A DNA stretch of 64,000 nt from a virus (IMGVR_UViG_3300005329_000001), one strand, 5' to 3'. Positions 15,587 through 24,842 are shown, counted from the first letter of the stretch. Made by a program: numbers and translations. Notes: generated from the letters alone by a model not told the origin.

Positions 15587-16023
15587 TCAGGCCGCGGGCT
15601 TGGTTTCCGGCGACATCGCCTGGACTGTATCACGGGCCATCTTGAGGTCGTGGACCTTCGCCTCGATCTTGGTCGACAGGTTCTTCTCGAGGTCGTCCCA
15701 GCCGAGCACCTTCTTGAGCTCCTCGAGCCCCTTCGCACCGTAGTGCGACTTGACCGCGTCGACGGCGGACGTCTTTGCTTCGGCTAGGGTGGTTGCGAGA
15801 TTGTCGTTCGGCTTGATCGAGCTGACGATTCTCTGTTGCGCGTCCTTCACCGCGTCCTCGGCCACCTGATCCAATCGATCGAGTGCCGACAGCACAGTGG
15901 AGTTCTTCGTCTTGTTCTTGATGTAGGTGATTGCGTAGGCGATGAGCGCCGACAGCAGACCACCGACGATAGGAACGAGCAGTGGAATAAGGGACGCTCC
16001 GGCTTGTTCGAGTGCTTGACGCA
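15587..16023 (-). CDS. Putative holin: N-terminal TM helix followed by a long charged cytoplasmic tail
   Basis: Product MRQALEQAGASLIPLLVPIVGGLLSALIAYAITYIKNK then an about 100-aa hydrophilic helical tail. RBS GGAGGA. It is the first gene of the lysis operon. Confidence 0.55.
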
Positions 16024-16167
16024 TCAGGATCCTCCTAATGCGGGAGTCTACTCGATCCATGATCCTGGAGAGAAGAGATGGCTTACCAACGAAAAATTTA
16101 GATCCTGACTGTCATCTCTTCTCACCGACGGAATTCACGTTTAGACCAGAAGCAGGAGGCTCCGGCC

Positions 16168-16686
16168 ATGAAGTACTGGTTGATTCTGACGGTGATGCTG
16201 GGAGCGTGCAGCGTGAACGTCCCTCCAACATCACAGGACATGGCGATGGTGGTAGAGGTTCCCGATCTGGCAAAGCCGATCGAGGACATGGCCACTCCTG
16301 CGCCGATCGACATGGCGTTGCCGTCGTGCTTGACGCCCAAGCCAGGCATCTACGTCGAGTCGACGTACTTCGGGGCGCGGAATGTGTCGACGGGAGCGGA
16401 TCAGTTCTACGGGAACTCCAACAATGTTGGTGTGCAGCCCGACGGGATGATCGTGCGCCCGAAGATTCCGATCACAACTGTCCAGTTGTGGCATTGCGAT
16501 TCTGCGTCCATGGCGAACCCAGAGAACTGCCAATCTGTGTGCTGTGACGGCGACCCGACGGTTGTTCCGACCATCTACTGGTCGATCAATGGGTGGTCGC
16601 TCTTCAAGCCTGGGCAATGCACATGGCATGATTCGAACAACATCGTCTGGTACATCGACGTGCAGGCCATCGCGGGAAGAATGTAA
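16168..16686 (+). CDS. Lipoprotein (lipobox LGAC), 172 aa
   Basis: Product MKYWLILTVMLGACSVN with RBS AGGAGG. Six further Cys. It converges on the minus-strand gene at 16687. Confidence 0.6.
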   Translation: MKYWLILTVMLGACSVNVPPTSQDMAMVVEVPDLAKPIEDMATPAPIDMALPSCLTPKPGIYVESTYFGARNVSTGADQFYGNSNNVGVQPDGMIVRPKIPITTVQLWHCDSASMANPENCQSVCCDGDPTVVPTIYWSINGWSLFKPGQCTWHDSNNIVWYIDVQAIAGRM

Positions 16687-16971
16687 CTAGAGCTCTGAGA
16701 CGCTCTTTCCCAGCTTCGCAATCACCTCATTGCACGCCTCGACAAGCTGCTTCGCATCTTCGCTTCCCGTCGCAAGCGCTAGCTCAGACAGACGTCGATA
16801 GTGGAGGGAGAACTGAATCAGGTTCGCCTTAACGCGTACGATCTTGCGCCGCAGCTCTCGCAGTTCAAAGGAAGTGTCTTCGCCGAGCTTGCGATGTAGG
16901 TCAACGACTTGACGTATTCGTCGTAGTTGTTCTTTGACCCGAGCAAGCTCGATGCGAGGGTCTTCCTTCAT
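16687..16971 (-). CDS. Hypothetical coiled-coil protein (94 aa)
   Basis: I trimmed the ORF-track entry 16687..17070 because its 5' part translates a terminator hairpin. Start at MKEDPRIELARVKEQ. Confidence 0.4.
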   Translation of the reverse strand: MKEDPRIELARVKEQLRRIRQVVDLHRKLGEDTSFELRELRRKIVRVKANLIQFSLHYRRLSELALATGSEDAKQLVEACNEVIAKLGKSVSEL

Positions 16972-17007
16972 GAAGACAGCGTCGACCCGCTTTGGCTGGA
17001 TGGGAAA

Positions 17008-17047
17008 GCTAAAAAAACGCCCACCCCGTCTATGACGGAGCGGGCGC
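17008..17047 (-). terminator. Rho-independent terminator (minus strand)
   Basis: On the minus strand GCGCCCGCTCCGTC-ATAGAC-GGGGTGGGCG (12-bp stem with two G-U pairs) followed by TTTTTTTAGCTT. Confidence 0.5.
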
Positions 17048-17054
17048 TTACAAC

Positions 17055-17537
17055 CTACGACTTCCTCCACTTCTCGTACTGCTCAGCAGTCTTGGGAGCC
17101 TGCCGGAGAATACCCTTCGAGTCGACAAACAGACTTCCGGGGTAGGGAGCACTCTTGCGACGCATCCAGCTATAGGGCGCATTCGGCAGCGTCACGAAAC
17201 CTTCGAGATGCCCGAGAGCGTGGCGGCCAGCCAGAGAGTTCGAATCGAAGCGAGAGATGACTTCGCTTTTGATTTTATCCCACGGCTTACCAACCCGAGC
17301 TTCCAGCCATCGACGCAGTGGACCGAGCTTGTCGGCGAAATCCCTATTCTTGCGTCCCGTCCAGTGGCCACCGAGCGCAATAGATCGTGGCTCGACGGCT
17401 TCTTCATCGTAGGTGGCGCTGCGGCAGTACATCTTGTAGGCCGCGCGCTCTTTGCTATCCTCCTGCTCTTCTCTAATACGGCACGACTTCCGACGGCCTC
17501 CCTCGATGGCCGTCTTGGCGATGCTCCTTCGAGCCAT
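17055..17537 (-). CDS. Hypothetical protein (160 aa), basic N-terminus
   Basis: ORF track with coding-like codon bias. No recognisable motif. Confidence 0.45.
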   Translation of the reverse strand: MARRSIAKTAIEGGRRKSCRIREEQEDSKERAAYKMYCRSATYDEEAVEPRSIALGGHWTGRKNRDFADKLGPLRRWLEARVGKPWDKIKSEVISRFDSNSLAGRHALGHLEGFVTLPNAPYSWMRRKSAPYPGSLFVDSKGILRQAPKTAEQYEKWRKS

Positions 17538-17558
17538 GTGAACCTCCTTATGTTCGCT

Positions 17559-17927
17559 TCATGGTTCTTCTCCTTTCTTCTCTTCGATGGTGGTTTCTCC
17601 GCAGATCTGCCGCATCGTGCTCACGAGAGCTTTGATATCGTACGGCTTCGGCACTTCAGCCGCAACAGGACGCGGCGGAGGTGACGAGAAGGCGGTGGAG
17701 TAGATGACCGGGATCGTGCCGCGGTAATGCTCCAAGAACTCTTCCCCATCCATGATGGGCATGCGGCAATCGAGGATGATGATGTCGAAGCGGGTGTCGC
17801 GGAGGAGAATGTCGAGTGCTTCTTGTCCATTGTAGGCTGATACGACCTCGAACTTGAAGATCAGCCTGAACCACTCGCCCACCGAGACTTGCGTCGCTCT
17901 GTCATCCTCGATGAACAGAATCCTCAT
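17559..17927 (-). CDS. Stand-alone response-regulator receiver (CheY-like REC) domain protein
   Basis: Product MRILFIEDD (acidic pair). Phospho-acceptor Asp in IIILDCRMP, YST (Thr/Ser) and PKPYD (Lys). 123 aa. RBS AGGGGA. The ORF-track 5' extension is a translation of the tmRNA antisense. Confidence 0.7.
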   Translation of the reverse strand: MRILFIEDDRATQVSVGEWFRLIFKFEVVSAYNGQEALDILLRDTRFDIIILDCRMPIMDGEEFLEHYRGTIPVIYSTAFSSPPPRPVAAEVPKPYDIKALVSTMRQICGETTIEEKKGEEP

Positions 17928-17972
17928 GATGGTTTTTCCCCTGGTCTGATTGTGGTTACGGAGATGATGCGG

Positions 17973-18334
<362 letters not shown>

Positions 18335-18420
18335 AGAACTAGGTGAGGTAGGACCAGAACCAGCCGGAGGGGGGATCCCGGCGTGCCCCAGCCCTACCTC
18401 GTTGAAAAGATACCGACGAT

Positions 18421-18609
18421 CTACCGATGCAGCAAGTAATACATGATCGAGATCAAGAACGTGATGAGCGCCCCCAGCGCAAACATCACAACCCGACCAA
18501 ACGGAGTCAATACGCGGCGCTTGGGACGGTCGCTGATGGGTCTCATGCGAAAGACGTTCTCGTCGATCTTCTCGTAGCGACTCGAATCGACACCAGCGGT
18601 TGCACGCAT
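18421..18609 (-). CDS. Possible small membrane protein (62 aa) in the tmRNA upstream region
   Basis: TM segment VVMFALGALITFLISIMYYLL. Low confidence. It may instead be the tmRNA promoter region. Confidence 0.2.
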   Translation of the reverse strand: MRATAGVDSSRYEKIDENVFRMRPISDRPKRRVLTPFGRVVMFALGALITFLISIMYYLLHR

Positions 18610-19021
18610 CCCCTATACTCCTTTTAGCGAAAGATGTCCTCTCACTCATTCTTATCCCACGGCTTCTGCTAGGATCTCCACCCATGGAACTCGTTCACTA
18701 TGTCAAGGACGAAGAAGCGCGTCTGGCAAAGAAGATGGAGTCCAAGCTGCTCAGACTTCCAGTTGACTCTGGAGTGCTCTTCGTCTCAGTCTCAGTGGAG
18801 CCGTCCACCCCGTCGACGTCCGCAATCTACAGGGTGTGGATCGGCTGCAGCCGCACCGTAGACCCCAGGATGATCCCAACTCTCGTCGAGGTAACCCTGC
18901 ACGAAGAGCTTCGAGAAGGCCACGTGATTCGGATCGACACCAAGATGGGTCGGATCCGGGATTGACAACCCGTAGTGCTGTCTGTACAGTGTCTGTACAT
19001 GCGGCGGAAAGGAGGAGGCTC

Positions 19022-19357
19022 ATGCCAGTGAAAGACCGGAATCCGTTCGGTCCCTCAGCCGATGCCCCAAGCACGGCAGACGTTGGCGTAGCCGATCCGT
19101 TCGATCGTCCTGACTCTGTAGTGAAGTGCCCCGTCTGCAGCGAGCGCGACCCAGACAAGATCGGGACGCAAAATACGCCCACCCAGATCCTGCGCAACTG
19201 CAAGACCTGCGGCAACAAGTGGTCGTGTGGCAACGTCGGCGGGGCGTACATGATTCCAATCAGCGAAGAGCTCCGCCGGCCGGCTCCTGTCGACGAGGAT
19301 GACATCCCGGACGACTTCCGACTGAGCGGGACTGATCGCTGGTTCGGAGACGACTAG
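19022..19357 (+). CDS. Small zinc-ribbon protein (111 aa)
   Basis: Strong RBS AAGGAGGAGG. Motifs CPVC...CKTC. I took the start at MPVKDRNPF instead of the longer ORF-track version. Confidence 0.5.
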   Translation: MPVKDRNPFGPSADAPSTADVGVADPFDRPDSVVKCPVCSERDPDKIGTQNTPTQILRNCKTCGNKWSCGNVGGAYMIPISEELRRPAPVDEDDIPDDFRLSGTDRWFGDD

Positions 19358-19365
19358 GAGACCGC

Positions 19366-20319
19366 ATGGACAAGAAGAAGGAAATCGTCGACCTGTCACC
19401 ACAGAACTCCGAGTACGCCGCCAAGATCGCAGCGGCGAGGAATGTTCAGCACCCTGTTGGCGGCGCTCCGATGCCGAAGATCCCCAACCTCGCTCAGATG
19501 CAGGGCTCGGGCGATCGATTTGCCGGAGTGCAGCAAGCACGGGCACAGGGCATGGCCACCCTGCTGACACCGGAGCAGCGTGCTCAGCTCGAGCAGCAGA
19601 ACGCAGCCCTCCCTGGTGTCGGCTCGGCGTATGTGGCCAACCAGCCGATGGCGCGGCAGGTCATGCAGCAACCGCAGCAGCCGGGCGGCTACCAGAACCC
19701 CCCTCGCCCCGAAGGTGCTGGACTCTCGGCGCAGACGGCCGAACAGCTCGCCGCTGTCGCGCAGGCCAACGCGCCGCAGGCGAAGGAGAGCGCCGAGGAC
19801 AAGATGAAGAAGGACCTCGATGATCTCGAGGAAGACTTCTTCGACTACGACGAGTTCGGCAACAGGGTCAAGAGCCTCCTGGCCAACAAGGAGCGTCGGG
19901 AGATCATCGAAGGTCGCTGCGAGCCGATGGACATCACGAGCTTGATCGTCGATCGAGAGCTCCGCCAGGTCGTCCCGATCATCCCCGGCAAGTACTACCC
20001 GACCTACCGCCTCCCCTCTGGTGAAGAAGATCTCGAGGTGAAGCGCATTCTGGCCAAGGAGACGACGACTGCGGCCAACTACCTCCTGGCCAAGCTGTCA
20101 CTGATGCAGTTGACCTGCGGCCTATTCGCTATCAACGGCAAGCCGCTGGCGGCGCATCTGGATGCAGACGGAAACTTCAGCCAGACAGCGTTCGAGGCGA
20201 AGTACAAGAACGTGGTCAAGTACCCGATCACGGTCCTCGCCGATCTGGCCCTCAACTACAACTGGTTCGAGCAGAGGACCAAGAAGCTTCTTTCTTTCGA
20301 TGCAATCAAGGATTTTTAG
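19366..20319 (+). CDS. Hypothetical protein (317 aa) with a Q/A-rich disordered N-terminal half
   Basis: RBS TAGGAGA. Coding-like codon bias. Confidence 0.55.
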   Translation: MDKKKEIVDLSPQNSEYAAKIAAARNVQHPVGGAPMPKIPNLAQMQGSGDRFAGVQQARAQGMATLLTPEQRAQLEQQNAALPGVGSAYVANQPMARQVMQQPQQPGGYQNPPRPEGAGLSAQTAEQLAAVAQANAPQAKESAEDKMKKDLDDLEEDFFDYDEFGNRVKSLLANKERREIIEGRCEPMDITSLIVDRELRQVVPIIPGKYYPTYRLPSGEEDLEVKRILAKETTTAANYLLAKLSLMQLTCGLFAINGKPLAAHLDADGNFSQTAFEAKYKNVVKYPITVLADLALNYNWFEQRTKKLLSFDAIKDF

Positions 20320-20327
20320 AGACTCCA

Positions 20328-20780
20328 TTGGGATGGGCCAGAGCGAACATAATGTTCGACAAGGCATCCAGGGTCCCTCCTCCAGGCGACCCAATGGAGA
20401 TTCTCTTCCTGCTCATCTGGAAGATGCGGCAGGACATCGAGTTCCAGACGTCGAGGGCGACCCTGCAAGCCCTTCTGAATCAGAAAGGCGCGGAAGCGAA
20501 GCACATCGAGGACGCATTCAAGGACCTCAGGGATGCTTTCTTCCCGTTCGAGAAGAACCACCGCAAGCAGGAGGTCAAGGAGCTTCGACAGATCATGCTG
20601 CGGGAAGTGGCACGCGGTGCTCTGTCGGTGATTCCGCAGGTGGACCCGGACCACAGGAAGGTGGCCAACCGCCTGGCGAGGGGTCAGGAACGCCTCCACC
20701 GGCGTCAGCAGCAGATGGGCACGCCCACCGGTCAGGTGACTCCCATGAAAGGCCCTCGCAGACCTCGAGGTGCTTTCTAG
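20328..20780 (+). CDS. Hypothetical protein
   Basis: ORF track. The start is uncertain (20328 or 20352). Confidence 0.45.
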   Translation: MGWARANIMFDKASRVPPPGDPMEILFLLIWKMRQDIEFQTSRATLQALLNQKGAEAKHIEDAFKDLRDAFFPFEKNHRKQEVKELRQIMLREVARGALSVIPQVDPDHRKVANRLARGQERLHRRQQQMGTPTGQVTPMKGPRRPRGAF

Positions 20781-20925
20781 ATCATGGGAGAGCGTGCAGT
20801 GATGATTGCGTGGCGTACGAGCGGTCGATCTACAGCACCTGCAAGATCGTGTCGTTCTTCGACCGTCTTCTGGTCCGAACTCCGGGCAGCCGTCCTGTCT
20901 CGACGACCGCTCCCAAGGTGACTCC

Positions 20926-21201
20926 ATGAGTAAAGATCTCGTCTTGACCGGGCTGGGCAACGAGGTGGACCTGAAGACGCAGAGGACGGTCTTCACCGCT
21001 ATCTTCAACAAGAGCATTCGCATCGAGATTTCCAAAGAGGCGGCGGAGATCTTGACGAAGGAGATCTACGCGAACAGCGGGAGCTCGAGCGACTACGAGA
21101 AGCCGCCGATCGTGGCGGACGATGTCAGCTCCGACGATGGGCCGGTGCTGACGGACATGCCAGGCATCTATGAAGAAGAGACCGGGGTGGAGCAGGTCTG
21201 A
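20926..21201 (+). CDS. Hypothetical protein (91 aa)
   Basis: RBS AAGGTGA. Ends VEQV-stop, overlapping the next ATG. Confidence 0.45.
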   Translation: MSKDLVLTGLGNEVDLKTQRTVFTAIFNKSIRIEISKEAAEILTKEIYANSGSSSDYEKPPIVADDVSSDDGPVLTDMPGIYEEETGVEQV

Positions 21202-21614
21202 TGCCGCAGAAGAAGACAGTGGCGAAGTTCAGGACCTGGGCGTGCCGGTGCGGCGTCAGGTACTCCGTCGAAGCGAATGACGTCGGAAGAGGAGCACTAC
21301 CCGATCGCTTCAGGTGCTGGGCAACGCGCTGCCGCTTCTACATGGTCCGCAACGACAAGCTCAAGCCAGGACAGGTCGTCACGGCGATGGCTCTCTTTCA
21401 GGCCAGCACGCTTGGATCGGAGATGCAGAGGAAGTGCAGCCCGTCGGACATCAGGAAGCTGGCGCTCGGAAAGAAGGTGGTGGCGATCGCGGTCGAACCT
21501 TCGCCGGCGGCGGGCAGGTCCCTCATCTCGAGCATCACTCTCGAGGACGGAAACACCATCCATCTCACGACCAGTACCAAGGGCGTGACGATCTACAAGG
21601 TGACGCATGAGTAA
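21201..21614 (+). CDS. Hypothetical Cys-containing protein (137 aa)
   Basis: RBS GGAGCAGG with a TGATG coupled start. Confidence 0.5.
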   Translation: MPQKKTVAKFRTWACRCGVRYSVEANDVGRGALPDRFRCWATRCRFYMVRNDKLKPGQVVTAMALFQASTLGSEMQRKCSPSDIRKLALGKKVVAIAVEPSPAAGRSLISSITLEDGNTIHLTTSTKGVTIYKVTHE

Positions 21615-21975
21615 GTCGAACGACGAGGCTCTCGCTCGCATCGAGCACAAGGTGGATGTCACCCTCGATCTGCTGATGGAGATGATCGGCAGGATGGGCA
21701 TCATCCGTATGATCATTCCGAAGATGGGCGACAACTCGCATCGGTGCCCCATCTGCAAGAAGGACGTGAAGTACGTAGTCGACCTCGTGGACAAGTCTGT
21801 GACCGCGCAGTGCGATTGCAAGACGGGCAAGTATGCCCCCATCGATTTCGACCAGTTTGCGCCGCCGCTGGCGGCAGGAGGCAAGAACCATGGCGACGAA
21901 CGAGAAGGTTCTGGAAATTCCGCTGCAGACGGGGACGTCGGGAGCCGAATCAAACCGAAAAGTCGGCTTCGCTGA
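21607..21975 (+). CDS. Hypothetical zinc-binding protein (CPICKK...CDCKTGKY). Its 3' end overlaps the next gene by about 85 nt.
   Basis: RBS AAGGTGA. The last about 30 aa are low-complexity and overlap a strongly supported downstream start. Confidence 0.4.
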   Translation: MSKSNDEALARIEHKVDVTLDLLMEMIGRMGIIRMIIPKMGDNSHRCPICKKDVKYVVDLVDKSVTAQCDCKTGKYAPIDFDQFAPPLAAGGKNHGDEREGSGNSAADGDVGSRIKPKSRLR

Positions 21976-22156
21976 AGTCAAGATGTTCTTGGCGCAGGTG
22001 GAGACCAGCACCGGCGAAGAGGACTACCTCATGGCGGTGATCGGCAACGAGCTCCGCATCATCGAGGTCAAGTCGCGTAAGCCGGCCGAGTGGCTGAAGA
22101 AGGTGTTCTTCGATCGCCTGGCCAAGCGCAACAACGGTGGTGTGGAGCAGACCTGA
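21890..22156 (+). CDS. Hypothetical protein (88 aa)
   Basis: Strong RBS AGGAGG 7 nt upstream of ATG (MATNEKVLE). Ends VEQT-stop coupled to the GroES start. Confidence 0.5.
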   Translation: MATNEKVLEIPLQTGTSGAESNRKVGFAEVKMFLAQVETSTGEEDYLMAVIGNELRIIEVKSRKPAEWLKKVFFDRLAKRNNGGVEQT

Positions 22157-22530
22157 TGCACCTGCCAACGAACAGGACCTGGCAGCAGTGCGACCCGATC
22201 GGTGATTGGATCATCGCCAGGACGGAGAAGCGCGTCACGAAGACAGCCGGTGGCATTCATCTGCCGGACCAGATCGTCTCCATTGAGCGCGTCATGCCGG
22301 TCGCGGCTCGCATTCTGAAGGTCGGGAAGCGGGCCGGTGAGGTCGTCGGCTTCCCTCTCGAGCCTGGGATGCGCTTCGCCTTCCGTGGCTTCTTGAAGGA
22401 CGCCTTCCACGAGTTCGCGGACGACGATGGGCTCCGGGTCTTCATGATCAAGTCGAGCGACATCCTCGCTATCATCGACGAGACCGTTCAGGTCGGAGAG
22501 TTCGTCGAGGAGCGCGAATCGGCAGCATAG
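22156..22530 (+). CDS. groES: Co-chaperonin GroES (Hsp10) homologue
   Basis: KTAGGIHLPD matches GroES KSAGGIVLTG. ARILKVG matches GEVLAVG. The C-terminus SDILAIIDE matches SDILAIVE. 124 aa. Confidence 0.75.
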   Translation: MHLPTNRTWQQCDPIGDWIIARTEKRVTKTAGGIHLPDQIVSIERVMPVAARILKVGKRAGEVVGFPLEPGMRFAFRGFLKDAFHEFADDDGLRVFMIKSSDILAIIDETVQVGEFVEERESAA

Positions 22531-22562
22531 GAACCCCGCACGGGCTGGTGCGAGGAGGCCAC

Positions 22563-23054
22563 ATGTACGCGAAGGACACGACGGTCAGCGTCGAGAAGTC
22601 GAAGATGGAGATCGAGAGGCTGGTCTCGAAGTACGAGGCCTCTCAGTTTGTCTCCGGCTGGAATGGGGACAAGGCGGTCATCGGCTTCTCGATGCACAAC
22701 CGCCAGGTGAAGTTCCTCTTGCCGCTGCCGGACAAGAAGGAACGGCGGTTCACGCACGACCGTCGTGGCTACGCTCGGGCACAGAGCACGGTCTTGTCGG
22801 CCTGGGAGCAGGAAGTCCGCAGCAAGTGGCGGGCCCTTTTCTTAGTCATCAAGGCCAAGCTCGAGGCGGTGGAGTCTGGGATCACCTCGTTCGAGGAAGA
22901 GTTCCTGGCGCACATCGTCCTGCCGGACGGCAACACCGTCGGTGGGTGGGTCGGACCGCAGCTCGAGCAGATCTATACCCAGAGGAACATGCCCAACCTC
23001 TTGCCAGGTGCCGGAGAGAGCAAGGTGGCCAGGGATGTCGAGGAGTACGAATGA
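22563..23054 (+). CDS. Hypothetical protein (163 aa)
   Basis: RBS GAGGAGG. Confidence 0.5.
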   Translation: MYAKDTTVSVEKSKMEIERLVSKYEASQFVSGWNGDKAVIGFSMHNRQVKFLLPLPDKKERRFTHDRRGYARAQSTVLSAWEQEVRSKWRALFLVIKAKLEAVESGITSFEEEFLAHIVLPDGNTVGGWVGPQLEQIYTQRNMPNLLPGAGESKVARDVEEYE

Positions 23055-23251
23055 TGCCTCGCATCGATAAAACGATGGCGAAGCACCTCAAGAAGAAGAC
23101 GACTGGTCCGCGGTTGAATGCCCGCATTCCGTCAGAGCTCCTCGACTGGGCGCGGGAGTATGCATATCGCAAGCACACGACGCTGACCCAGATCATCGTC
23201 GATCACTTTCGAGACCTGAGGGCGCGGGATACCGACGTCCCGCAGATCTGA
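23053..23251 (+). CDS. Ribbon-helix-helix (CopG/Arc-like) DNA-binding protein
   Basis: PRLNARIPSELLDWAREYAYRKHTTLTQIIVDHFRDL has the beta-strand, helix, helix pattern. 66 aa. RBS GAGGAG. Confidence 0.55.
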
Positions 23252-23258
23252 GGAGACC

Positions 23259-23801
23259 ATGGCCAGCTTCGACCAGGTAACGCGATCGGCAACGATGCTT
23301 CGTGTGACGGAGCGCCTCCCGTACACCGGAGGTGGCGTCGACGCACTCATCGCGCAGGTGAGCGCCATCCTGAAGATGGAGAAGGACGCGCAGCGTATCA
23401 TCCTCGACGTCACCAAGCCGTACGTACACCTGGAGAAGTACGTCCGTGGCGTCTCGAACGAGGAGGTGAAGGAGGAGCTGCAGACTCGATACGACGAAGT
23501 CACCAGAAACGTGCCGATGAAGGAGTTCGTGCCGGAGAAGATCGGCTCCCGCTTCGAGTACGTGCATCAGCTCTTCCGCCAGGTCACTGACGAAGGGTTC
23601 GAGGTGGTACTCGTCCTGGTGGGCAACATCTCGGCACTGGATGCGTGGATCTCAGTCTCTCGGAAGGACCCCAGGCTCTTTGGCGTTCCGGTGAAGAGAC
23701 TGCGCAGTGCTCCGAATGATGTGATCATCGTGTGCGGCGCGGAGTGGAAGGAGGCTGAAGTCGAAGACATCCGATTCACCGTGAAGGGGGTGATGGGGTG
23801 A
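23259..23801 (+). CDS. Hypothetical protein
   Basis: ORF track. RBS GAGGAGA. Confidence 0.5.
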   Translation: MASFDQVTRSATMLRVTERLPYTGGGVDALIAQVSAILKMEKDAQRIILDVTKPYVHLEKYVRGVSNEEVKEELQTRYDEVTRNVPMKEFVPEKIGSRFEYVHQLFRQVTDEGFEVVLVLVGNISALDAWISVSRKDPRLFGVPVKRLRSAPNDVIIVCGAEWKEAEVEDIRFTVKGVMG

Positions 23802-24250
23802 GCGAGAAACCGATGACCGATCTTCTCCGTCGTGCCGGCATCATCGACAAGCACATCGCGGAGTTCGAGAAGTGGAGGCTGATCGACCCAAACAGTGTCG
23901 AAGGCGCAAACATGAAGTCAGCAGGCGGTCTCGTCGAGGATCTGGTCCACGACATCGCCGAGCTGCTCGAGGCAGAGCCGACGATGCGCCAGACGCTGGT
24001 TGCCCCAGTCCACGTCAAAGAGCCACCACGGCTGTGGTGCGCTGGCGACGAGGTCTCGTTTACAGAGGCCTTCTATGCCGTGAAGGACGAGATGGGCCGT
24101 CTTCTGACCAGTGCGGACGCTACCGTAGTGCGCGGAGACCTGATCTGGCAGGAGGGTTCGCCGAAACAAGCGTTCACGATCGTCGATATCGAAGAGCTCT
24201 ACGAGAACGACAAGATCGTCGCCAAGATGATCACGGTCGAGAAGGAGTAG
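23798..24250 (+). CDS. Hypothetical protein (GTG start)
   Basis: RBS AAGGGGG. Overlapping stop and start. Confidence 0.5.
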   Translation: MSEKPMTDLLRRAGIIDKHIAEFEKWRLIDPNSVEGANMKSAGGLVEDLVHDIAELLEAEPTMRQTLVAPVHVKEPPRLWCAGDEVSFTEAFYAVKDEMGRLLTSADATVVRGDLIWQEGSPKQAFTIVDIEELYENDKIVAKMITVEKE

Positions 24251-24252
24251 CT

Positions 24253-24525
24253 ATGCCCTGGTGCGAGAACTGCGACAAAAAGAACATCAAGAAGGAAGAC
24301 GTCGTGTTCGATGAGAGGCACCTGCGTGTCCTCTGCGTCCCATGCGCCCAGGAGCAAGGAGAGGTGAAGAAAGACGCGGATCTGCAGATGGAGGTCTTCG
24401 ACAAGATCTGGTACGGCGTCAGCTACACCTCCGATCAAGGGCTGAAGGCGGAGGCGGTCTACGGTGGTACCCGTCTCACCATCAACGTCAGCAACGACGA
24501 GTTCAGGAAGATCCTGGGCAGATGA
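24253..24525 (+). CDS. Small zinc-ribbon protein
   Basis: Motifs CENC...CVPC. RBS GAAGGAG. Confidence 0.5.
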   Translation: MPWCENCDKKNIKKEDVVFDERHLRVLCVPCAQEQGEVKKDADLQMEVFDKIWYGVSYTSDQGLKAEAVYGGTRLTINVSNDEFRKILGR

Positions 24526-24842
24526 GCGAACAGGGGTACAGCCTCTCGTCTCTCGAGAAAGAGCTCGACGAGCTCCGCAAGGACTATGTCGCCTTTTCGC
24601 AGTCTTACGACATCTTGCGTCAGCGTGTTCTTGAGTCGACCGAGCTACAGCCCCCGCGCATGCCGGAGCTTCATACGTGGTCTGGAACGAGGGCAGTAGC
24701 CGGATCTTTGGAGATGGCGATTCACGCAATCGAGAGGACGATCCTCGAGTATGATGTCCTCGTTCAGAAGGTCCGTGCCGGGGAGATCCCGAATACGGAT
24801 CGACCCACCCTCAGCATCGTCAAGGAGAGCGACAAGCCATGA
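24522..24842 (+). CDS. Hypothetical protein
   Basis: ATGA overlap with neighbours. Coding codon bias. Confidence 0.4.
   Translation: MSEQGYSLSSLEKELDELRKDYVAFSQSYDILRQRVLESTELQPPRMPELHTWSGTRAVAGSLEMAIHAIERTILEYDVLVQKVRAGEIPNTDRPTLSIVKESDKP

Noticed and set aside
16061-16167. Intergenic region between the holin start and the plus-strand lipoprotein, inspected for a tRNA or operator
   Set aside because: Only a normal RBS (AGGAGG) and an AT-richer spacer. No cloverleaf-like T-arm (GGTTCGA) sequence and no extended palindrome.
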